NCBI RefSeq assembly: GCF_009914755.1
Contig: NC_060938.1
Direction: 5' to 3' (one strand)
DNA: 64,000 nt
Source of the DNA: the human T2T-CHM13v2.0 reference genome, Homo sapiens
Part shown: positions 4,861 to 14,122 of the stretch, in pieces
Position numbering within the stretch: position 1 is the stretch's first letter
How the letters are laid out: the number at the start of each line of letters is the position of its first letter
Position numbers and translations under genes: made by a program
The notes under the pieces: generated by a model
What the model saw: only the letters and a program-made list of their open reading frames with translations
What the model was told of the DNA's origin: nothing
Database searches by the model: none

Positions 4861-7842
4861 ATGTCTGCACCTAAGAACAGTAGGGTCTTGTCTGGCTCTT
4901 CTTATGAACGGTCCCCCAGCCCGGACTCCCCAAGGTCCATGCGAGCCTCACCCAGCTTCTCCCTCTCCCCTCTCAGAAACTCAGGCTTAAGGGGAAGCTC
5001 CTCACCAGGGATCGGGAGCTACCATTCACCATCCCCTAGGGCTTCACCACACTCACCTCTGTCATCACCAGAATCCCACAAGCTCCCATTTCCCTGTCCT
5101 CACCGTGATGGGCAATCAATAAAGCCATTGGGCTCTCCCGTGTCCTCCTCTGAGGAATCCTCAGAGTCCCCACGTTCATCAATAATATACCACATGTTCT
5201 TACTGCCATCACCCAGCAGCTCACCCCCAGCTCTCGGGGGGTCTCCTGTGTCTCCCAGCTACTCTCCAAACAACCCCAGATTTCAGCTGCGGTCAGCCCC
5301 CCACACCAAGGAATCACCTACAAACTCACGAGCCTCACGCTGCTCCACCCCTGTGTCTTTCATCTCTTCACCCCCAGGCCTCAGGGACCCTCCTGTGGCT
5401 CCCAGTTACTCTCCAGCCATCCCCAGGTTCCTGCGGGAGTCAGCCCCATACACCCAGGAGTCCCCCAGAGACTCACAGGTCTTGGGAGATTATGAGCGGT
5501 CCCTCAGCCCTGACTCCTCAAGATTCATGCCTGCCTCACCCAGCTTCTCCCTCTCCCCTCCCAGAAACTCAGACCCAAGGGGCAGCTCCTCACCAGGGAT
5601 GTGGAAGTCCTCTACATCATCCCGCAGGGCTTCACCACTCTCACATCCGTCATCAACAGAATTCCACAACTTTACGTTTCCCTTTCCTAACCAAGCAGGA
5701 CAGTCACTCATGTCATTGTGTTCTCCCGTGACCTCCTCTGGAGATTCTTCACAGTCACCTCATTCATCAATAATATACCATATGTTCTTACTGCCATCAT
5801 CCAGCAGCTCACCCCCAGCCACCCATGACTCTCCTGTCTGTCCCAGCTACTCTCCAACTACGCCCAGATTTCAGCGGGAGTCTCTACCCCACACCCCAGA
5901 AACACCTACAAACTCACAGACCTCAGTGAGATCCTCGCCAGTCTCTCTCACGTCTTCACCCCCAGCCCTTACGGACCCTCCAGTCTGTCCCAGCTACTCT
6001 CCAACCACGCCCACATTTCAGCGCGGGTCAGTTCCAGGAACCCAGGGATCACCACCAAGCCCACCGCTTTCACTGAGTTACTCCCCAGTCTCTAGCACGT
6101 CTTTATCTCCAACCCTCAGGGACTCGCCTGTCTGTCCCAGCTACTCTCCAAACACGCCCACACTTCAGCGGCAGTCCGTTGCAGGCACCCAGAAGTCACC
6201 ACCAAACTCACCAATTTCACTGCGTTACTCCCCAGTCTCTCTCATGTCTTCACCATCCCTCAGGGACTCTCCCGTCTGTCCCAGCTACTCTCCAACCACG
6301 CCCACATTTCAGCTGGAGTCAGTTCCAGGCACCCCGGAATCACCACCAAACTCACCAATTTCACTCAGTTACTCCTCAGTCTCTACCACGTCTTTATCTC
6401 CAACCCTCAGGGACTCTCCTGTGTGTCCCAGCTACTCTCCAACCATGCCCACACTTCAGCGGGAGTCAGTTCCAGGCACCCAGGAATCACCACCAAACTC
6501 ACCAATTTCACTCAATTACTCTCCAGTCTCTCTCGTGTCTTCACCAGCCCTCAGGGACTCTCCTGTCTGTCCCAGCTACTCTACAACCACGCCCACATTT
6601 CAGCTGGAGTCAGTTCCAGGCACCCCGGAGTCACCACCAAACTCACCAGTTTCACTCAGTTACTCCCCGGTCTCTCTCATGTCATCACCCCCAGCCCTCA
6701 GGGACTCTCCTGTGTGTCCCAGCTACTCTCCAACCATGCCCAGATTCCAGCGGGAGTCAGTTCCAGGCACCCATGTATCACCACCAAACTCAGCAGTTTC
6801 ACTGAGTTACTCCCCAGTCTCTCTCATGTCTTCACCCCCAGACCCCTGGGACTCTCCTGTCTGTCCCAGCTACTCTCCCACCACGCCCAGATTTCAGCGG
6901 GAGTCAGCCTCCCACACTCCGGAATCAGATACAGACTCACAGACTTCACTGAACTCCTCCCTGGTCTCTCTCAGGTCTTTGCCCTCATCCCACAGGGACT
7001 CTTGTGTCTCTTTCAGCTACTCTCAAAACTTCTCTAGATTCCAGCTGGAGTCAGTTCCAGGCACCCACGATACACCACCGAACTCACGAATTTCACTGAC
7101 TTACGCCCCAGTCTCCCTCATGTTCTCACCCCCAGCCCTCAGGGACTCTTCTGTCTCTCTCAGCTACTCTCCAACCATCTCCAGATTTCACCTGGAGTCA
7201 GCTTCCCACACCCTGGAATCACCTGCAAACTCACGGACCTTACTGCAACCATCCCCCATTTCTTTCACCTCTTCACCCCCTGCCTTCAGGGACTCTCCTG
7301 GGTCTCCCAGCTTCTCTCCAGCCTTCCCCAGATTTCTGCCACAGTCAGCCCCAGGCACCCAGGACAACCCTAGACACTCACAGGCCTCACCAGACTATCT
7401 CCCTATGACCTGTACCTATACAGGGATGGCTCCCACGCATCCCTCAGTGACCCCAAACCCATCTCCACTTACACTCAGGCACTCCCAGGGCCTGACAGCT
7501 ACTCCCCGTTATTGTCCTTCAGTTCGAAGCCCTGGCCAATCTACTAGCCCACATGACGCAGTTACCTGGCCATTTCTCCACGGTTCCCGGGAGGGCCCCA
7601 CACCCAGCCGCACAAGAGCCCCTCCTGCATTCCGTCCTCACACGCAGGCCTGTCCATCTACTTGCTACTGTCACACTCTTGCCAGCAGAAGAGGCCCCTG
7701 TAATGGCCGATATCACCACCCAGTCTATCCTCACCCCACAGCTGTGCAGCGGGAACCCCCTGCTGGCCCACGTGGCTGCCACAGCCCATGCTGGCACGAC
7801 GCTCCAGCAGGTCGGCGTCCCTGCGGGCCAAACTACCGGTGA
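4861..7842 (+). CDS. 993-aa Ser/Pro/Thr-rich protein built of Pol II CTD-like heptads (49-aa repeats), with a Cys/His-rich C-terminus; intact
   Basis: 2982-bp uninterrupted ORF; ATG has A at -3; monomer length differences preserve frame (147 or 144 bp). Confidence 0.7.
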   Translation: MSAPKNSRVLSGSSYERSPSPDSPRSMRASPSFSLSPLRNSGLRGSSSPGIGSYHSPSPRASPHSPLSSPESHKLPFPCPHRDGQSIKPLGSPVSSSEESSESPRSSIIYHMFLLPSPSSSPPALGGSPVSPSYSPNNPRFQLRSAPHTKESPTNSRASRCSTPVSFISSPPGLRDPPVAPSYSPAIPRFLRESAPYTQESPRDSQVLGDYERSLSPDSSRFMPASPSFSLSPPRNSDPRGSSSPGMWKSSTSSRRASPLSHPSSTEFHNFTFPFPNQAGQSLMSLCSPVTSSGDSSQSPHSSIIYHMFLLPSSSSSPPATHDSPVCPSYSPTTPRFQRESLPHTPETPTNSQTSVRSSPVSLTSSPPALTDPPVCPSYSPTTPTFQRGSVPGTQGSPPSPPLSLSYSPVSSTSLSPTLRDSPVCPSYSPNTPTLQRQSVAGTQKSPPNSPISLRYSPVSLMSSPSLRDSPVCPSYSPTTPTFQLESVPGTPESPPNSPISLSYSSVSTTSLSPTLRDSPVCPSYSPTMPTLQRESVPGTQESPPNSPISLNYSPVSLVSSPALRDSPVCPSYSTTTPTFQLESVPGTPESPPNSPVSLSYSPVSLMSSPPALRDSPVCPSYSPTMPRFQRESVPGTHVSPPNSAVSLSYSPVSLMSSPPDPWDSPVCPSYSPTTPRFQRESASHTPESDTDSQTSLNSSLVSLRSLPSSHRDSCVSFSYSQNFSRFQLESVPGTHDTPPNSRISLTYAPVSLMFSPPALRDSSVSLSYSPTISRFHLESASHTLESPANSRTLLQPSPISFTSSPPAFRDSPGSPSFSPAFPRFLPQSAPGTQDNPRHSQASPDYLPMTCTYTGMAPTHPSVTPNPSPLTLRHSQGLTATPRYCPSVRSPGQSTSPHDAVTWPFLHGSREGPTPSRTRAPPAFRPHTQACPSTCYCHTLASRRGPCNGRYHHPVYPHPTAVQREPPAGPRGCHSPCWHDAPAGRRPCGPNYR
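5237..7435 (+). repeat. ACRO1: 147-bp ACRO1-like monomers within the ORF: 2 monomers (5237, 5384) plus 11 tandem monomers (5825-~7435); same layout in every unit
   Basis: Landmark positions 5825, 5972, 6119, 6263, 6410, 6554, 6701, 6848, 6995, 7142, 7289 give spacings of 147, 147, 144, 147, 144, 147, 147, 147, 147, 147. Confidence 0.85.
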
Positions 7843-10800
7843 CATGTCTAGCGTGACCCTCCTTCCTGGCAGTGACACTGTTGATGTGAACCCCAATTTC
7901 ACATCTGTCATTTGTAAATAGGACCATTTTCCCTTTTCGCTCTCCCTTCCATTCACAGGGCTTTTCATTCTCTCTGTTACTGCCTCCGTTTCAGATATTT
8001 ACTCACCTTTTTCTCTCTCACTATGTCTGCCGTGGGCTCCATGAGAGTGCGCCACATAAGATTCCCCCATTAAAAGTCATGAATTGAGTGGCTTTTAGTA
8101 TACCTGTGGTTGTGCACATTCAAATTTAATTCGCAATTCATTGTAGAACGTCTTATCACTCCCGGCCAGAGAAAAACCCTGTAGACATTAGTCACTCCTC
8201 ATTCTGTCTCAAACCCTCTCCCTCACCCGCAGCCCTAGGTAGCAACTACCTAGTGCGATCAATCCCATATGCATAGATTACCATATTGTGGACATTTCCT
8301 ATAAGCGGAATTGCACAATAGGGGAGCTGTTATGACTGACATAACACGTAACACAATATTTTCAAGATTCGTCCACATTGTAGGCTTACCCACAGGGGGA
8401 AACCATTTTTTTGGGGGCTTTTAGTAACACCGGTGTTTTCTCCTTCGTTACGTCCTTCTTTCCTTCCTTCCTTCCTTCCTTCCTTCCTGACTTCCTTCTT
8501 TCCTTCCCTCCTTCCTCCTATTTCTCTCTTACTCCTTCTGCCCTCTCTCTTTCCTATGCCTTAGGTGCATCCCACATTCTGCGTTTTTTTGGGGAAATCC
8601 TCGACAGGTGCAGGAAAATTGTGTTATTGTAACTATTTACCGTTATCTCTCTTTCACGGCTCTCCATCAGTTGTGAACATCTATTGGTTTATCCCAAGTC
8701 TCTAAGCATATTTTCATTAGGTAAACCTGTTTTTCCTTATACAGCTGTTTCTGGAGTATAGGGTCGCATACTCATAAACCCAGTGTAACTCAGAAACGCA
8801 TCTAATATTCCAGTAAACCCATCATAACGTTGAAAAATCGTAAATCAAACCATCATAAGTCACGGTTTGTCCGTGGATATGGGCCTCATCAATTCCATTG
8901 TATTCAGTAATGCTGTACACCATTAACAATGGCAGACTGATTGGGAGTGGATATTGATAGCATTATAAAAGTCAGTTATTAGAGGGATACTTCTTTAACC
9001 TGACTGAAGAACTGATCTAATGGCTTTAGTACAGTGCATGATTATGTGCGATGTTTTGAGACAGAGTAGTACATTTGTGAATGAAATTTTATGGCTTTTT
9101 TTTTCACTTAGTAGGAACCATTGTGTGTGGAAAAGTGAGAAAATGGCTTTCTGCTGTAGGGTCTGGCATTCATTGTAGATGTAAGCTTATTTTTCTGTGA
9201 GCAAATCTTATTCAATAAAATACTACTCTTTATACTAAAAAACAAAAACAGTGGTGATGTGTGGTCATTATCCTCAGCAAACTTATCCAGGGAAAGAAAA
9301 CCAAACGCCACAACTCACTTATAATGGGAGCTGAAAAATGAGATCCCATGGACACAGGAAGGGGAACAACACACACTGGGGCCTTCCGGGAGACAGAGCG
9401 TTAAGAAAAACAGCTACTGCATGCTGGGATTAATACCTAGGTGATGGGTTGACAGGTGCAGCAAACCACCATGGCACACGTTTACCTTAGTAACAAATCT
9501 GCACATCATGCACATATACCCCAGAACTTAGGAACGAAACGAAACAAAAGACAACGAAAAAGCAACAGCAAAACGCTAAAGGCAAAATAAAGTTTCAAAC
9601 TGAGAAAGTGACAGACCAACGTCTGGTTCAAATCATGGTTCTCAACCCAGGTGCCATAAGGTCAGGATAAAGGATGTGATTACATATTGTCAATAAGACA
9701 TGCAGCAAATGACCAGAATGATTATTCTCAACATATGAGTGTCTTCTAATTCAATGGCGACGCTATCTACCGGGACATAGCATTAGATTCCAAAGGGCCG
9801 AGTCCCGCCAGACAGGCCTCCCACACTAATAACAATGGGAAGCCCTACGTTGCTTTACCTGTGCTTCTCAGCCACTGGCTATAAATCAGGTTGCCACCAC
9901 TCCCAGATTTAGTTGCATTCATTTGCTGGAAGAGCTCACAGCACGCAGGGAAACACATTTGCCGTTGTATTTTAGCGGACATTGCACAAAGTTCAGAAAT
10001 AAATGTGGGGCCCGGCATGTGGGGAGGGGCGCACTACCTTCCAGGAAGTGCTATCCAGAAGCTCTCTGAACCCAGTCCTTTTGGGTTTTGATGGAGACCT
10101 CATTCTATAGGCATGATGGGTTAAACCATAGGCTATTGGTGATCAACTCCACCTGGGGCTCTCCACCCTCCCTGGAAATTGGGGTTGAGGCTTTGCCATC
10201 CTCAGTCTGACTAAAAGAATTTACCCAAACGGAATTTTAAAACCGATGAGCATAACTGGAATCTTAATTAGATGATTGGATTATCTGGAGCCACACCTTG
10301 ATATTCCTAACCCGAGCACCCTCATCCAACGAATGCTCCACCCAACTGGCTCCCAAGTCTCTACGTGGTTCCAGAGCAAAAGGATGTTGATACAACGCAT
10401 ATCTCCACCTTTTCTTCAAAGTCTTTACGCTTACACGGAAAGACTTCTTCAACTGCCATGCATCAGGGTCAGGGGGAGGTCTTGTTACAACACAGATCTG
10501 CGGATCTCCGGGGTTTGACTGTGGCAAGGATGCTGCTGGTGTCAAAACCACAACGTGGGAACCACAGAACCACTAGTGGGTTTTCAGTGTTTCAGTGCAT
10601 ACAATTCCTAATATATCTGGCTAAGAAAACTTGTAAGTTCTTAGATTGTCCCAAAGGTGGCGCATGAAATCAAAGCAGGAGAACAGTTTCCTTACGAGGT
10701 GTAGCCTGGGAAAGTTGGGGGTGACTGATGGAAAGGAGGAGTGAAGCTCCACCCTTTCCGCTGCTAGGCTGCGGCCGAGGCAATTTAAACCCACCCTGGC

Positions 10801-10938
10801 TGGCCTGTACTCAGATCTTCGCGGAGCGGATCAGCGGCCGGAGCGTTTGGCGGACTCTGCGTGGACTTGGAGCTCACAGAGTCTTGCGACTTGGAAGCGG
10901 ATTCAGAGGACAGGACAGAACACTTGGACAAGTGAATC

Positions 10939-10969
<31 letters not shown>

Positions 10970-11140
10970 CATTGGTTGGTTGATTTCCATTTTCTTAAGG
11001 GGCACATACCTCACACCGCACACACACAAACACACACACGCACACACACACACACACACGCACACACACGCACACACACTCCTTCCTTCTGCGAGTTAGA
11101 ACATTAGTAGGGGCCCCTGGGAGCTGCAGGTTTCCTAAAC

Positions 11141-14122
11141 ATGTCTGCACCTAAGAACAGTAGGGTCTTGTCTGGCTCTTCTTATGAACGGTCCCCCAGC
11201 CCGGACTCCCCAAGGTCCATGCGAGCCTCACCCAGCTTCTCCCTCTCCCCTCTCAGAAACTCAGGCTTAAGGGGAAGCTCCTCACCAGGGATCGGGAGCT
11301 ACCATTCACCATCCCCTAGGGCTTCACCACACTCACCTCTGTCATCACCAGAATCCCACAAGCTCCCATTTCCCTGTCCTCACCGTGATGGGCAATCAAT
11401 AAAGCCATTGGGCTCTCCCGTGTCCTCCTCTGAGGAATCCTCAGAGTCCCCACGTTCATCAATAATATACCACATGTTCTTACTGCCATCACCCAGCAGC
11501 TCACCCCCAGCTCTCGGGGGGTCTCCTGTGTCTCCCAGCTACTCTCCAAACAACCCCAGATTTCAGCTGCGGTCAGCCCCCCACACCAAGGAATCACCTA
11601 CAAACTCACGAGCCTCACTTTTCTCCACCCCTGTGTCTTTCATCTCTTCACCCCCAGGCCTCAGGGACCCTCCTGTGGCTCCCAGTTACTCTCCAGCCAT
11701 CCCCAGGTTCCTGCGCGAGTCAGCCCCATACACCCAGGAGTCCCCCAGAGACTCACAGGTCTTGGGAGATTATGAGCGGTCCCTCAGCCCTGACTCCTCA
11801 AGATTCATGCCTGCCTCACCCAGCTTCTCCCTCTCCCCTCCCAGAAACTCAGACCCAAGGGGCAGCTCCTCACCAGGGATGTGGAAGTTCTCTACGTCAT
11901 CCCGCAGGGCTTCACCACTCTCACATCCGTCATCAACAGAATTCCACAACTTTACGTTTCCCTTTCCTAACCAAGCAGGACAGTCACTCATGTCATTGTG
12001 TTCTCCCGTGACCTCCTCTGGAGATTCTTCACAGTCACCTCATTCATCAATAATATACCATATGTTCTTACTGCCATCATCCAGCAGCTCACCCCCTGCC
12101 ACCCATGACTCTCCTGTCTGTCCCAGCTACTCTCCAACTACGCCCAGATTTCAGCGGGAGTCTGTACCCCACACCCCAGAAACACCTACAAACTCACAGA
12201 CCTCAGTGAGATCCTCGCCAGTCTCTCTCACGTCTTCACCCCCAGCCCTTACGGACCCTCCAGTCTGTCCCAGCTACTCTCCAACCACGCCCACATTTCA
12301 GCGCGGGTCAGTTCCAGGAACCCAGGGATCACCACCAAGCCCACCGCTTTCACTGAGTTACTCCCCAGTCTCTAGCACGTCTTTATCTCCAACCCTCAGG
12401 GACTCGCCTGTCTGTCCCAGCTACTCTCCAAACACGCCCACACTTCAGCGGCAGTCCGTTGCAGGCACCCAGAAGTCACCACCAAACTCACCAATTTCAC
12501 TGCGTTACTCCCCAGTCTCTCTCATGTCTTCACCATCCCTCAGGGACTCTCCCGTCTGTCCCAGCTACTCTCCAACCACGCCCACATTTCAGCTGGAGTC
12601 AGTTCCAGGCACCCCGGAATCACCACCAAACTCACCAATTTCACTCAGTTACTCCCCAGTCTCTAGCACGTCTTTATCTCTAACCCTCAGGGACTCTCCT
12701 GTGTGTCCCAGCTACTCTCCAACCACGCCCACACTTCAGCGGGAGTCAGTTCCAGGCACCCAGGAATCACCACCAAACTCACCAATTTCACTCAATTACT
12801 CTCCAGTCTCTCTCGTGTCTTCACCAGCCCTCAGGGACTCTCCTGTCTGTCCCAGCTACTCTACAACCACGCCCACATTTCAGCTGGAGTCAGTTCGAGG
12901 CACCCCGGAGTCACCACCAAACTCACCAGTTTCACTCACTTACTCCTCGGTCTCTCTCATGTCTTCACCCCCAGCCCTCAGGGACTCTCCTGTGCGTCCC
13001 AGCTACTCTCCAACCATGCCCAGATTCCAGCGGGAGTCAGTTCCAGGCACCCATGTATCACCACCAAACTCAGCAGTTTCACTGAGTTACTCCCCAGTCT
13101 CTCTCATGTCTTCACCCCCAGACCCCTGGGACTCTCCTGTCTGTCCCAGCTACTCTCCCACCACGCCCAGATTTCAGCGGCAGTCAGCCTCCCACACTCC
13201 GGAATCAGATACAGACTCACAGACTTCACTGAACTCCTCCCTGGTCTCTCTCAGGTCTTTGCCCTCATCCCACAGGGACTCTTGTGTCTCTTTCAGCTAC
13301 TCTCAAAACTTCTCTAGATTCCAGCTGGAGTCAGTTCCAGGCACCCACGATACACCACCGAACTCACGAATTTCACTGACTTACGCCCCAGTCTCCCTCA
13401 TGTTCTCACCCCCAGCCCTCAGGGACTCTTCTGTCTCTCTCAGCTACTCTCCAACCATCTCCAGATTTCACCTGGAGTCAGCTTCCCACACCCTGGAATC
13501 ACCTGCAAACTCACGGACCTTACTGCAACCATCCCCCATTTCTTTCACCTCTTCACCCCCTGCCTTCAGGGACTCTCCTGGGTCTCCCAGCTTCTCTCCA
13601 GCCTTCCCCAGATTTCTGCCACAGTCAGCCCCAGGCACCCAGGACAACCCTAGACACTCACAGGCCTCACCAGACTATCTCCCTATGACCTGTACCTATA
13701 CAGGGATGGCTCCCACGCATCCCTCAGTGACCCCAAACCCATCTCCACTTACACTCAGGCACTCCCAGGGCCTGACAGCTACTCCCCGTTATTGTCCTTC
13801 AGTTCGAAGCCCTGGCCAATCTACTAGCCCACATGACGCAGTTACCTGGCCATTTCTCCACGGTTCCCGGGAGGGCCCCACACCCAGCCGCACAAGAGCC
13901 CCTCCTGCATTCCGTCCTCACACGCAGGCCTGTCCATCTACTTGCTACTGTCACACTCTTGCCAGCAGAAGAGGCCCCTGTAATGGCCGATATCACCACC
14001 CAGTCTATCCTCACCCCACAGCTGTGCAGCGGGAACCCCCTGCTGGCCCACGTGGCTGCCACAGCCCATGCTGGCACGACGCTCCAGCAGGTCGGCGTCC
14101 CTGCGGGCCAAACTACCGGTGA
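11141..14122 (+). CDS. 993-aa CTD-heptad-like repeat protein, intact copy
   Basis: Full ORF with several substitutions relative to the 4861 copy (e.g. RC160-161LF). Confidence 0.7.
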   Translation: MSAPKNSRVLSGSSYERSPSPDSPRSMRASPSFSLSPLRNSGLRGSSSPGIGSYHSPSPRASPHSPLSSPESHKLPFPCPHRDGQSIKPLGSPVSSSEESSESPRSSIIYHMFLLPSPSSSPPALGGSPVSPSYSPNNPRFQLRSAPHTKESPTNSRASLFSTPVSFISSPPGLRDPPVAPSYSPAIPRFLRESAPYTQESPRDSQVLGDYERSLSPDSSRFMPASPSFSLSPPRNSDPRGSSSPGMWKFSTSSRRASPLSHPSSTEFHNFTFPFPNQAGQSLMSLCSPVTSSGDSSQSPHSSIIYHMFLLPSSSSSPPATHDSPVCPSYSPTTPRFQRESVPHTPETPTNSQTSVRSSPVSLTSSPPALTDPPVCPSYSPTTPTFQRGSVPGTQGSPPSPPLSLSYSPVSSTSLSPTLRDSPVCPSYSPNTPTLQRQSVAGTQKSPPNSPISLRYSPVSLMSSPSLRDSPVCPSYSPTTPTFQLESVPGTPESPPNSPISLSYSPVSSTSLSLTLRDSPVCPSYSPTTPTLQRESVPGTQESPPNSPISLNYSPVSLVSSPALRDSPVCPSYSTTTPTFQLESVRGTPESPPNSPVSLTYSSVSLMSSPPALRDSPVRPSYSPTMPRFQRESVPGTHVSPPNSAVSLSYSPVSLMSSPPDPWDSPVCPSYSPTTPRFQRQSASHTPESDTDSQTSLNSSLVSLRSLPSSHRDSCVSFSYSQNFSRFQLESVPGTHDTPPNSRISLTYAPVSLMFSPPALRDSSVSLSYSPTISRFHLESASHTLESPANSRTLLQPSPISFTSSPPAFRDSPGSPSFSPAFPRFLPQSAPGTQDNPRHSQASPDYLPMTCTYTGMAPTHPSVTPNPSPLTLRHSQGLTATPRYCPSVRSPGQSTSPHDAVTWPFLHGSREGPTPSRTRAPPAFRPHTQACPSTCYCHTLASRRGPCNGRYHHPVYPHPTAVQREPPAGPRGCHSPCWHDAPAGRRPCGPNYR

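Noticed and set aside
5118-5123. AATAAA inside the ORF
   Set aside because: It encodes S-I-K and lacks an obvious strong downstream U/GU-rich element; premature polyadenylation is possible but unsupported.
6179-7037. Overlapping 204- and 208-aa ORFs in the other + frames
   Set aside because: These are shadow frames of the repeat. The 208-aa one has a non-ATG start and is broken in some units, and the 204-aa one also lacks an ATG start.
5825-7435. 147-bp period equals the nucleosome core DNA length
   Set aside because: It leaves no linker, and 7 x 21-bp coding heptads with codon-sized deletions explain the length better; treated as coincidence.
4861-7842. Calling the ORF POLR2A/RPB1, mucin or extensin
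   Set aside because: There are no polymerase domains, no perfect YSPTSPS runs and no signal peptide; the similarity is confined to low-complexity heptad-like repeats.
7519-7968. 122-aa (+) and 149/89-aa (-) ORFs overlapping the C-terminus
   Set aside because: No recognisable homology or independent signals; their conservation just reflects unit identity. An alternative-frame C-terminus cannot be fully excluded.
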